A stretch of 40,322 nucleotides of DNA from Bacteroidales bacterium (GTDB lineage Bacteria; Bacteroidota; Bacteroidia; Bacteroidales; B18-G4). Position numbers and translations under genes: made by a program. The stretch is taken from contig JAGLEK010000089.1 in NCBI GenBank assembly GCA_023145125.1, positions 1-40,322 on the forward strand, read 5' to 3'. This document shows, piece by piece, positions 5,993 to 14,658 of this stretch. Below the pieces are notes generated by a model. The model was given only the letters and a program-made list of their open reading frames with translations. It was not told the origin of the DNA and made no database searches. The first letter of the stretch is position 1. Each line of letters opens with the position of its first letter.

Positions 5993-8374
5993 CTATCCGG
6001 TCAATTCAAATACGATCTCAAGGATCATTTTGGATTTAACCTTTTTGCCGGATTGCCTTGCAGCATCCCACATTTTACCGGTTAGATTGATCAGCCTGAT
6101 GGCCTCCTGTTCAAAGACCGGATCCATGCTGCTCACGATCTCGATATCACTTATGCTTCCATCGGTATCGATCACAAATTTAACATAAACCGTGCCCTCA
6201 AGCTGTTCGCTCAGTGCGCCTGCCGGATAAACCATATTCTTTTTCAGGAAAGCTTCTACTCCATCTTTGTCGCCTGTGAATTCAGCCGGCTTTTCAACAA
6301 GTTCATAGACCTCATCCACATCTGTAACAGCAGTAGCATCATTTAATGTAATACTCAGCTCTTCACAGTACTGTGTACGGCCTGATCCACCCCGGGAAGG
6401 CATAAGTTTTTGTGAATGAGATTTTTGCATATTATAACCACTTATCCCGCCAACAGCATAATTACTGACTCCTTCAGGCAATGGTAATGCTTGATTTACT
6501 GTGGTAAAAGTTCCGTCTTCATTCCTCACCCGGTTGTCAATAGCCACGAATGAAGTGTACTGTGTCAGCAGGTTATATTTCAAGCCCAGGGCGGTAACCT
6601 CCTCTTCGAGCCCGGATGTATAAAGGTTCAGTGATGCATAATCATCAAGGACTTTGATCTTTTCCCGGGCCCAGAGGTATGTCAGGGCGGCATTCCTGGT
6701 ATCCGATGTATAGTCATCAACATCCAGCTTATTAATATACCGGCCTTCACCTGATGTGCCTTCGATCAGGATACTGCCTTCGGCTTTGCCTTTCCATTTT
6801 CCAAAAATGACGAGAGGGCGCTCTGCAAATACATCCGCCATGGAGAGCGGCTCCACATCATACACCTCAAAACCATCATAGCTCACCTTGATATTGGTAA
6901 GCACAGGGTGTTGAATATAATTCCTGAACTTTTCTGCTATTGCGTCGGCATATTCACCGGAGGTGACCACGAAAGGGGAACCCATGCCGACATGTGCCAT
7001 GCCTTCGATGAGATGCCGGTTCACTGATGAACCTATTCCAAAGGGGAAGAAATTTGCTTCCCCGAGCGTGGTTCTGATCAGGTCAAAGGCTTCCTTCTCC
7101 ACCGACACATAACCATCGGTAAGGATCACGAAACTCCTTGCGTAATCTTCCGTCCCTTTCAATGCCAGGGCCCTTTTAAGTGCCGGGAGCAATTCTGTAC
7201 CGCCCCCACCATGCTGGCGGTCGATGAAATTGATGCCTTTGCGGATATTGCTTTCATTGGCTTCCAGCGAGCGCTCTGAAAACAGGCTGGAACCACCTGA
7301 AAAGAGCAAGATGTTAAAGCGGTCGGTAGATTTCAGCTTGCCCAGCAGGTTTCTCATAAGCTCTTTGGAGATATCCAGCGGAAATCCCCACATAGAACCG
7401 GAAATATCAACAATAAAGATATACTCTCGGGGGGGTATCTGTTCAGCTTTCGGCCTGGCGGGTGGCTGTATCATGGCCAGGAAGAAGTTCTCATCCTTCC
7501 CTTCATAGAGCAGAAGGCCGGATTCGATCTTCCCGCCTGCCAGCCGGTAACGGATGATCACATCCCTGTTGCCGGAGGCTGCATGGCCGTCTTTGAGTTT
7601 CAGGGTTGCCAGGGAAGGATCATCATAGATTATGGCCATATCATGGGTTTTGCAACTGATCTCCTGTATTGGCAGGCCTGCCGAAATGCTGGCCTTGATA
7701 TCGAATTCATAAAGGGGTGCTTCACCTTCGTGGGTATAAGGATTCTTTATCCAGTTATTGGTGTTTGATGCCAGGTCTTCCGTATTGTTTGAATACCTGG
7801 GGCCAACCACAGTTGGATAGACGAACTCATATACCCCGCTTTCCGGTATGAGCAACTCGGTATAGCTCATCTCCACCAGGATCTCATCACCGGGCATTAT
7901 ATTGGCCACACTCATTGTAAACACATTCGGACGTTCCTGTTCGAGCAAAGAAGCGCTCTGGCCATTGTTACGGGCTTCCTCATAGGCTTCTCTTGCCTTT
8001 TTACGCTCTTCGATCTTTGCCACGATCTTCCTCTCCCCTATGGTCATCTGCATGCTGTAAACAGCAGCCCTCATGGAAGCCGGAAAAACATAAATAGCCT
8101 CAATAGGTTTCTCCCCTTCATTTTTATATACCTGGGCGATGGTCACATCGGCGATCACACCGGCAATCTTCACATCGGCAGATGTCGACAGCAGCGGCAT
8201 CTTATCCGTTGAGGGATCACCCTTGGGTATCATGAAATAGGGAGAAAGGGTTTTCTCTTTTTCATATTCTTTGAATATCTGCGCTTTTACAGGAGCAGAT
8301 GCCAGTATCGGTAATGCGAATATCAGGCCGGACAACGCATGGATACCCATTTGAATTAATGTTCTCTTTTTCAT
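5993..8374 (-). CDS. secreted VIT domain + von Willebrand factor A domain protein with C-terminal TonB-C domain
   Basis: 793 aa with an N-terminal signal/anchor. A VIT-like region (VKIAGVIADVTIAQVYKN...AIYVFP...MQMTIGERKI) is followed by a vWA domain with MIDAS DISGS (FIVDISGSMWG). The last ~90 aa match the TonB C-terminal fold signature (YPAGALSEQLEGTVYVKFVIDTDGSISDIEIV...). Confidence 0.8.
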   Translation of the reverse strand: MKKRTLIQMGIHALSGLIFALPILASAPVKAQIFKEYEKEKTLSPYFMIPKGDPSTDKMPLLSTSADVKIAGVIADVTIAQVYKNEGEKPIEAIYVFPASMRAAVYSMQMTIGERKIVAKIEERKKAREAYEEARNNGQSASLLEQERPNVFTMSVANIMPGDEILVEMSYTELLIPESGVYEFVYPTVVGPRYSNNTEDLASNTNNWIKNPYTHEGEAPLYEFDIKASISAGLPIQEISCKTHDMAIIYDDPSLATLKLKDGHAASGNRDVIIRYRLAGGKIESGLLLYEGKDENFFLAMIQPPARPKAEQIPPREYIFIVDISGSMWGFPLDISKELMRNLLGKLKSTDRFNILLFSGGSSLFSERSLEANESNIRKGINFIDRQHGGGGTELLPALKRALALKGTEDYARSFVILTDGYVSVEKEAFDLIRTTLGEANFFPFGIGSSVNRHLIEGMAHVGMGSPFVVTSGEYADAIAEKFRNYIQHPVLTNIKVSYDGFEVYDVEPLSMADVFAERPLVIFGKWKGKAEGSILIEGTSGEGRYINKLDVDDYTSDTRNAALTYLWAREKIKVLDDYASLNLYTSGLEEEVTALGLKYNLLTQYTSFVAIDNRVRNEDGTFTTVNQALPLPEGVSNYAVGGISGYNMQKSHSQKLMPSRGGSGRTQYCEELSITLNDATAVTDVDEVYELVEKPAEFTGDKDGVEAFLKKNMVYPAGALSEQLEGTVYVKFVIDTDGSISDIEIVSSMDPVFEQEAIRLINLTGKMWDAARQSGKKVKSKMILEIVFELTG

Positions 8375-8458
8375 AGTTATATTATTAAGGATTAAACAAA
8401 AAGCGTGTTCACATCAGGATGATGCAGAAGAGGAGATGATTCCATAAAACCGAAAAAA

Positions 8459-8573
8459 GTGTTGAGGGTTGAGTTTTGGGTTGGTGTCGGGTGTTAGGTT
8501 GGGGAGGGTGTGACTTTGGGACTATGTGACTGGGAGAAAATGGACAATGCAGAATGTGGAATGGACAATGAGT
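8459..8573. repeat. composite C-poor tract of 16 phase-locked heptads (GTGTTGA GGGTTGA ... GACAATG CAGAATG TGGAATG GACAATG)
   Basis: The 7-nt register is kept from 8459 to 8570. Only 7 C residues occur in about 115 nt of the plus strand. The sub-array AATGGAC AATGCAG AATGTGG AATGGAC AATGAGT spans 8539-8573. The tract lies between divergent genes 5993-8374(-) and 8737-9237(+). Confidence 0.9.
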
Positions 8574-8736
8574 CCGTTTACAGGCATTGAGGAGTAGATT
8601 AGATGTAAACAAGCTTGGCCTGTGCATTTAACACTTGCTATACGGCATGGGTAAATTTTGTAATTTTATTGAAATATAGAAAAGCACGCGGCATAGCCAC
8701 GGCCAAGAGCCGCAAACCAAAAAAGAAATAATCAGG

Positions 8737-9237
8737 ATGGATTTTAAACTAAGGCCCTGGAATTTAGAGGATATTGAAAGTTTGGTTAAATATGCCAACA
8801 ATACTAAAATTGCTGAAAACCTGACTAACCAATTCCCAAACCCTTATAAGCATGAAAATGGTATACGTTTCATTCAGATGACTTTAAAAGATAATCCAAC
8901 CCAGATTTTTGCGATTGAAGTAAACGGAATAGCTTGCGGAGCGATTGGACTTCACTCACAAACAGACATATATGCAAGGAATATGGAACTTGGATATTGG
9001 TTGGCAGAATCATACTGGGGAAAAGGAATTATGACTATGGCTATAAAACAAATTGTTGATTATGGCTTTAAGACATTTCAAATTGACAGAATCTTTGCCA
9101 GGCCATTTGGAACAAATATAAGTTCTCAGAAAGTATTGGAAAAAGCAGGATTCAATTTAGAAGCAAGATTTGAAAAGACTATCTATAAAAATGGAGAGTA
9201 TTTGGACGAATTAATTTATGCAATTAGAAAAGAATGA
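8737..9237 (+). CDS. GNAT family N-acetyltransferase (RimJ/RimL-like)
   Basis: 166 aa. It has the N-terminal LRPW..EDIESL pattern, a GYWLAESYWGKGIMT motif A region and a SQKVLEKAGF block typical of RimJ/RimL-type acetyltransferases. Confidence 0.8.
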   Translation: MDFKLRPWNLEDIESLVKYANNTKIAENLTNQFPNPYKHENGIRFIQMTLKDNPTQIFAIEVNGIACGAIGLHSQTDIYARNMELGYWLAESYWGKGIMTMAIKQIVDYGFKTFQIDRIFARPFGTNISSQKVLEKAGFNLEARFEKTIYKNGEYLDELIYAIRKE

Positions 9238-11273
9238 AGAAAGACAATCTGAAAAAAGCAGTATTTACAATATTTTGTTTCGTTTCTACAATGACTGTTT
9301 TGGGTCAGTGGCAGCAGTTGAACGGGCCGGCAGGCGGATATATAAGGAGTATCATTTTTGATGGGCACACATTATATGCTGCAAGCGGTGGCGGAGTATT
9401 GGCAAGCGACAACCAGGGAGGATCATGGTCGTTTCGTAATGCAGGCCTAAAAAGCTGTGACACAAAATCCTTCACTAAATTAGGAAATTATGTTTTTGTG
9501 TCTACAGATGAGAATGTATTCCGTACGAACGATTACGGAATGACATGGGAACCGGCAGGTACAGAATTAGACGGGAAATACGTCAAGAACCTGACCGTAT
9601 GCAATAATGTGCTGTTTGCCGCTACATACCTGAGAGGTATATACTGTTCACCAGATACAGGAAATACATGGACAGCCATAAACAATGGTTTTCCTGCAAA
9701 ATATGCTTATTACCTTGCAACAGACGGCTCCAATATTTTTGCAGGAACATACCAGGATGGGCTGTACCGGTCGACAGATATGGGTAATAACTGGTTACCG
9801 ATTAATAATGGACTCACAGAATTAAACATTATGGCCATAATATGTTATGGCAGTAAAGTGTTTGTAAGCACATTGTCTTCCGGTGTTTTTGTTTCTTCAG
9901 ATAATGGAAACACATGGGATCCATTAGGAACCAACATACCTTCTGTTAAAGGTTTTACTCATCTGGATGGAGCCCTTTATGCTGCCTCTTTTGGAGGTGG
10001 TGTATACCAATCCTTAGATACCGGACAGACATGGAGTACAATAAATACGGGTCTTAATGAAACAAATTTATGGTGTATCGGCACAAGCAATTCGTCACTA
10101 TATGCAGGTGTTACCAGTGGACATATCTACAAAAGAAGTAGCACAGGCGATAATTGGTCTATTAGCTGTACTACCGGATTTAATGCCTGTGTCGGTTCTG
10201 TTTGCAGTAGTGGCTCAAATTTACTGGCAGGAACACATGGTTCCGGATTTTTTGCATCAGTTGACATCGGTGCCAGCTGGACCAGAATAACTTCGATCTG
10301 GACAGTCGAAACAAGATCAATTATCTCATCAGGTCAATATGTTTTTGCAGGAACTGATATGCTGGGGGTTTTTAAGTCAACAAATAATGGAGGTTCTTTC
10401 TCAATGTCAAATACCGGTCTTGGCAGCGCCTGGATCCAGGCTTTTGCCATTTGTGAAGGTAAACTGTTTGCCGGAAGCGGTGAAGAAGGCGTTTTTATAT
10501 CTCCAGATGCAGGATCAAGCTGGACCGCTATTAATTCAGGATTAGGAAGCCTGAACATCACATCCCTGGCATCTGACAGTATAAATGTTTATGCAGGAAC
10601 TTCAGATAGTGGTGTTTTTGTTACCGGTGACTTGGGTGCAAACTGGTTAGTAGCTAATTATGGTTTAAATTCAACCACTATAACAGCAATTGAGTTTGTT
10701 AATGGATATTTGTTTGCCGGAACGAAAGAGGATGGTATATATATGTCCTATGATCAAGGGGCCAACTGGAGTCATATGTCAAGCGGGTTGCCTTCACAGG
10801 TTAACATTCGTTGCCTGCATGCTAATGACACAATCATTTTCACCGGAACCGGGGATGGAGAAGTGTTTACAAGCCTGGATTATGGAAATACATGGGTTAA
10901 TGTCAGCGATGGGCTGACCGGTTCACCTGTACTGTCATTATGGGTTTTTGAAGACTATTTATATGCGGGAATGAATGCCGGAGGAGTTTGGAAATTCCCA
11001 TTATCAATGATTACAGGAATTGATGAAATAGAAGGTAATATTGATATACACATTTATCCAAATCCTTCGGGAAACATGATCACGGCCGTAACAACCAAGG
11101 TATGCGATAATAGTTTCGTGTCTCTTTATAGTATGGCCGGCCGGGAATTAATAAAACTGGATATTGAAGACACCAGCACTCAAATTGACATCAGTACTCT
11201 AACACCCGGAATTTATTTGCTTAAATACGTTAGCAAGGACCGCGTTTCAACAACTATATTTGTTAAAGAATAG
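9234..11273 (+). CDS. Asp-box (BNR/sortilin-type) beta-propeller repeat protein with T9SS C-terminal sorting domain
   Basis: 679 aa with signal peptide. At least 11 Asp-box-like motifs are present (SDNQGGSWS, TNDYGMTWE, SPDTGNTWT, STDMGNNWL, SSDNGNTWD, SLDTGQTWS, SVDIGASWT, SPDAGSSWT, TGDLGANWL, SYDQGANWS, SLDYGNTWV). The C-terminal ~75 aa form a T9SS CTD (IYPNPSG...GIYLLKY). The ATG overlaps the upstream GNAT stop codon (ATGA). Confidence 0.8.
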   Translation: MKKDNLKKAVFTIFCFVSTMTVLGQWQQLNGPAGGYIRSIIFDGHTLYAASGGGVLASDNQGGSWSFRNAGLKSCDTKSFTKLGNYVFVSTDENVFRTNDYGMTWEPAGTELDGKYVKNLTVCNNVLFAATYLRGIYCSPDTGNTWTAINNGFPAKYAYYLATDGSNIFAGTYQDGLYRSTDMGNNWLPINNGLTELNIMAIICYGSKVFVSTLSSGVFVSSDNGNTWDPLGTNIPSVKGFTHLDGALYAASFGGGVYQSLDTGQTWSTINTGLNETNLWCIGTSNSSLYAGVTSGHIYKRSSTGDNWSISCTTGFNACVGSVCSSGSNLLAGTHGSGFFASVDIGASWTRITSIWTVETRSIISSGQYVFAGTDMLGVFKSTNNGGSFSMSNTGLGSAWIQAFAICEGKLFAGSGEEGVFISPDAGSSWTAINSGLGSLNITSLASDSINVYAGTSDSGVFVTGDLGANWLVANYGLNSTTITAIEFVNGYLFAGTKEDGIYMSYDQGANWSHMSSGLPSQVNIRCLHANDTIIFTGTGDGEVFTSLDYGNTWVNVSDGLTGSPVLSLWVFEDYLYAGMNAGGVWKFPLSMITGIDEIEGNIDIHIYPNPSGNMITAVTTKVCDNSFVSLYSMAGRELIKLDIEDTSTQIDISTLTPGIYLLKYVSKDRVSTTIFVKE

Positions 11274-11300
11274 GAATGATTACGACTGAGGGAGGCAAAA

Positions 11301-11339
11301 TTCGAATATCGAATATCGGATTTCGGATTTCGAATATCA
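11301..11339. repeat. heptamer tandem array TTCGAAT ATCGAAT ATCGGAT TTCGGAT TTCGAAT ATC
   Basis: Five direct units fill the 63-nt gap between convergent genes. The last unit runs into the pgk stop codon (11337-11339). Confidence 0.9.
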
Positions 11340-12530
11340 CCCCCCCATCACCGCCCTCACACCAGGAAGCTCCTTCCCTTCAATATACTCCAGCATGGCT
11401 CCACCACCGGTTGAAACGTAGCTAACCTTGTCTTTCAGATGATATTTATTGATGGCTGCAACAGAGTCGCCCCCGCCAATGAGTGAAAAGGCGCCTTTTT
11501 GTGTTGCTTCGGCAATGGCTTTGGCAATGGCTTTGGTGCCTGCTTCGAAATTGCTCATCTCAAAAACACCCATGGGGCCGTTCCAGAGGATGGTGGCAGA
11601 GCGGCCGATGGCTTCGGTAAAGGACTTAATGCTTTCAGGGCCGATATCGAGGCCCATGAAGCCGTCAGGGATAGCATCGGCAGAAACAAGTTTGGTAATG
11701 GCATCATTGTCGAAGGCAGCAGCAGCAATAGCATCGGATGGAATATAAAAGTTCACTCCCAGTTCTTTTGCTTTATCCAGGGCTTTCTTTGCTGTTTCTA
11801 CCAGGTCTTCCTCTACGAGGGAATTACCAATATTTCCACCCATTGCCTTGATAAAGGTGAACATCATGCCCCCGCCAATGATCATATTATCGACCTTGTC
11901 GAGCAGCTTGTTGATGATCTCGATCTTGCCTGACACCTTGGCACCGCCCAGGATGGCAGTAAAAGGCTTGCCTGAATCATGGATTACCTTGTCAATGCTC
12001 CTGATCTCATTTTCCATGATATAGCCAAAGAGCTTGTCATCAGGAAAGAATTGCGCAATGATCGCTGTTGAAGCATGCGCCCTGTGAGCTGTGCCGAAAG
12101 CATCATTCACATAAACATCGCCCAGGGAAGCAAGTTTTGATGCAAACTCCTCACCGCCCTTTGTTTCTTCTTTATAAAAGCGAAGGTTTTCGAGCAAAAG
12201 CACTTCACCCGGCTTAAGAGCGCCGGCCTTTTTCTTCGCCTGTTCACCGATGCAGTCGTCGGCAAACTGAACCTCCATGCCAAGTTTTTCTCTAAGATAC
12301 GGGAGCAGGTGTTTCAATGAGAATTTCCCCTCCGGGCCCGTTTTTGGCCTGCCCAGATGCGACATCAGGATAACAGATCCGCCGCCATCAATAATCTTAC
12401 TGATAGTTGGCAGGGCTGCATCGATCCTGGTGGTATCGGTGATCTCAAAGTTGTCATTGAGAGGTACGTTAAAGTCCACACGAACCAGGGCTTTCTTGCC
12501 ACTGAAGTTATAGTTGTCAATGTTATTCAT
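11337..12530 (-). CDS. pgk: phosphoglycerate kinase
   Basis: 397 aa with [13 protein letters not shown] at the N-terminus, [10 protein letters not shown], and STGGGAMLE at the C-terminus. Confidence 0.95.
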   Translation of the reverse strand: MNNIDNYNFSGKKALVRVDFNVPLNDNFEITDTTRIDAALPTISKIIDGGGSVILMSHLGRPKTGPEGKFSLKHLLPYLREKLGMEVQFADDCIGEQAKKKAGALKPGEVLLLENLRFYKEETKGGEEFASKLASLGDVYVNDAFGTAHRAHASTAIIAQFFPDDKLFGYIMENEIRSIDKVIHDSGKPFTAILGGAKVSGKIEIINKLLDKVDNMIIGGGMMFTFIKAMGGNIGNSLVEEDLVETAKKALDKAKELGVNFYIPSDAIAAAAFDNDAITKLVSADAIPDGFMGLDIGPESIKSFTEAIGRSATILWNGPMGVFEMSNFEAGTKAIAKAIAEATQKGAFSLIGGGDSVAAINKYHLKDKVSYVSTGGGAMLEYIEGKELPGVRAVMGG

Positions 12531-12571
12531 CGTCAGAGATATTTATGTTTTCTATAAAGTAAGTCTTTCCG

Positions 12572-12579
12572 CAAAATTA
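12572..12579 (-). promoter_or_regulatory. -7 box TAATTTTG (minus strand) for pgk
   Basis: The reverse complement of caaaatta matches the consensus, 41 nt upstream of the pgk ATG. Confidence 0.5.
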
Positions 12580-12601
12580 GGAAAAGCTTATCAATTATCA
12601 T

Positions 12602-12609
12602 TAAATTTG
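12602..12609 (+). promoter_or_regulatory. -7 box TAAATTTG for ybdL-yafV
   Basis: Exact match, 23 nt upstream of the ATG at 12633. Confidence 0.5.
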
Positions 12610-12632
12610 CTTAAAGCTAAATTACTAACGTA

Positions 12633-13790
12633 ATGATTAAATTCCCGGGTATCATAAAATCTAAACTGCCTCGCACCGGAACTTCCATATTTGCGGTGAT
12701 GTCGCAACTGGCCAATGAGCACAAAGCCATAAACCTTTCGCAGGGCTTTCCTGATTTCGACGTTTCCCCTAAATTGATCGAGCTCATCAGCCATTACATG
12801 AAAAAGGGATATAACCAGTATGCCCCCATGACAGGTGTTCCCTTGTTGAGGGAGCGTATTTCTGAAAAAATTGAAAAGACATATAAGATCAGATATGATC
12901 CCGATAAGGAGATCAATATCACCGCCGGTGCCACACAGGGAATCTATGCTGCAATAGCAAGTATGGTAAGGGATGACGACGAGGTGATAATCTTTGAGCC
13001 GGCCTACGACAGTTACGCCCCGGCTGTACAGCTTTGCGGAGGTATTGTTAAGTATGCAAGGATGGAGTCCCCCGATTATACTATCAACTGGCCTGAGGTG
13101 GCACGTATGGTCACCCACCGAACACGGATGATCATCATCAACAGTCCGCATAATCCTACGGGCAGCATTCTGCGGGAAAAAGACCTGCTGGCATTGCAGC
13201 ACCTTACCAAGAAGACGGATATTGTTGTGTTGAGCGATGAGGTTTATGAGCATCTTATCTATGATGGTGAGCCTCATGAGAGCGTATGCAAATATCCCGG
13301 ACTTGTCGAAAGAAGTTTTGTGATAGGATCATTCGGAAAAACCTTTCATGCCACCGGCTGGAAGATGGGATATGTGCTTGCCCCCGAGAACCTTATGAAG
13401 GAATTCCGTAAATCACACCAGTTCATAGTATTTGCATGCAACACACCGGTTCAGCATGCCATTGCTGATTACCTGGGTGATGAAAAAAACTATCTCGGCC
13501 TCCACTCCTTCTTTCAGAAGAAACGGGATTATTTTGTTGATGGTATCAGCAGTTCCCGCTTCAAGATCATTCCCTGTTACGGAACTTATTTTCAATTGCT
13601 TGACTACAGCAGGATATCAGACGAAAGCGAAATGGATTTTGCCACACGCCTGATCACTGAGTATGGTATTGGCAGCATCCCGGTATCTCCGTTTTATCAC
13701 CAGAGGGATGAGAACAGTGTGCTCCGGTTTTGCTTCGCCAAGAAAGAGGAAACCCTGGATAAAGCAGCAAATATCCTATGCAAGATCTGA
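12633..13790 (+). CDS. ybdL: PLP-dependent aminotransferase, YbdL-type (methionine/glutamine transaminase)
   Basis: 385 aa, collinear with E. coli YbdL as I recall it: INLSQGFPDF, NQYAPMTG, ITAGATQ, SYDSYAP, NSPHNPTG, SDEVYEH, SFGKTFHATGWK (PLP Lys), RFCFAKKEETL. Confidence 0.88.
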   Translation: MIKFPGIIKSKLPRTGTSIFAVMSQLANEHKAINLSQGFPDFDVSPKLIELISHYMKKGYNQYAPMTGVPLLRERISEKIEKTYKIRYDPDKEINITAGATQGIYAAIASMVRDDDEVIIFEPAYDSYAPAVQLCGGIVKYARMESPDYTINWPEVARMVTHRTRMIIINSPHNPTGSILREKDLLALQHLTKKTDIVVLSDEVYEHLIYDGEPHESVCKYPGLVERSFVIGSFGKTFHATGWKMGYVLAPENLMKEFRKSHQFIVFACNTPVQHAIADYLGDEKNYLGLHSFFQKKRDYFVDGISSSRFKIIPCYGTYFQLLDYSRISDESEMDFATRLITEYGIGSIPVSPFYHQRDENSVLRFCFAKKEETLDKAANILCKI

Positions 13791-14569
13791 AAATAACGCT
13801 GGTACAGTCAGGCCTGGCCTGGGAAGACCCTGTTGCCAATATCCGGAATTTCGACGAAAAGTTCAGGAGTTTCAATGATCCCACCGACCTCATCATACTT
13901 CCTGAGATGTTCAATACAGGGTTTACCATGGAAGCCGAATCCAATGCTGAGGCCATGAACGGAAAAAGCATCCAATGGATGGCAGAAAAAGCTGCCGAAA
14001 AGCAATGTGCTGTCTGTGGAAGCCTGATCATCGCTGATGCCGGCAATTATTACAACCGCTTTGTGTGGATGCACCGGGATGGCAGTTACGATTATTACGA
14101 CAAGAAACACCTTTTCAGGATGGGTGATGAGCATCTGCATTACTCAGCGGGTGATAAGAAGCTGATCGTTGAGCTGAAAGGGTGGAAGGTCATGCCCATG
14201 GTATGTTACGACCTTCGCTTCCCGGTATGGAGTAAAAATGAATACAGCGATGGGAAATATGCTTATGATCTCTTGCTTTATGTAGCAAACTGGCCGGCTG
14301 TAAGGTCGTTGGCATGGACCTCCCTGATCACCGCACGGGCCATTGAGAACATATCCTATGCTGCAGGGCTGAACAGGATTGGAAAAGATGGTAGGGGGTA
14401 TGAATATTCCGGGAATTCGATGGTTGCGGGCCCTGATGGCAATACAATAATGGAGATAGGATCCGATAAAACTTCGGTGTCAACAGCAAAACTGAAGGCA
14501 GAAAAACTCATTCAATCACGCGCCAAACTTGGGGTTGGCAAGGACTGGGATGCATTTAATATTCGATAA
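13778..14569 (+). CDS. yafV: omega-amidase, carbon-nitrogen hydrolase family (YafV-type)
   Basis: 263 aa, collinear with E. coli YafV: LKITLVQ, LPEMFNTGF (catalytic Glu), YDKKHLFRMGDEHLHY (Lys), VCYDLRFPVWS (catalytic Cys), YVANWPA, ARAIEN. It overlaps ybdL by 13 nt. Confidence 0.88.
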   Translation: MQDLKITLVQSGLAWEDPVANIRNFDEKFRSFNDPTDLIILPEMFNTGFTMEAESNAEAMNGKSIQWMAEKAAEKQCAVCGSLIIADAGNYYNRFVWMHRDGSYDYYDKKHLFRMGDEHLHYSAGDKKLIVELKGWKVMPMVCYDLRFPVWSKNEYSDGKYAYDLLLYVANWPAVRSLAWTSLITARAIENISYAAGLNRIGKDGRGYEYSGNSMVAGPDGNTIMEIGSDKTSVSTAKLKAEKLIQSRAKLGVGKDWDAFNIR

Positions 14570-14599
14570 GTAGTTTCATGCAATGCAAGATTTACCATA

Positions 14600-14607
14600 T
14601 ACATTTG
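14600..14607 (+). promoter_or_regulatory. -7 box TACATTTG for trkA-trkH
   Basis: Exact match, 51 nt upstream of the ATG at 14659. Confidence 0.45.
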
Positions 14608-14658
14608 CTTTTTAATATTTGTTTGTATTAATTTGGCTGCCGGTTTTAAGATCAAATC

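Noticed and set aside
8409-8627. 72-aa ORF (His/Pro-rich) in the VIT-GNAT spacer.
   Set aside because: It is the reverse-strand translation of the phase-locked heptamer tract. Periodic non-coding DNA without stop codons generates such ORFs.
12591-13277. 228-aa ORF on the minus strand. Similar long shadow ORFs occur at 13654-14046, 14880-15635, 15415-15906, 25621-26190, 27371-28063 and 29850-30371.
   Set aside because: Each lies wholly antisense to a gene with strong family motifs (ybdL, yafV, trkA, porZ-like, lipB/lipA, lysS). Their translations are low-complexity or Ser/Cys/Ile-rich with no recognisable motifs, which is typical of shadow ORFs.
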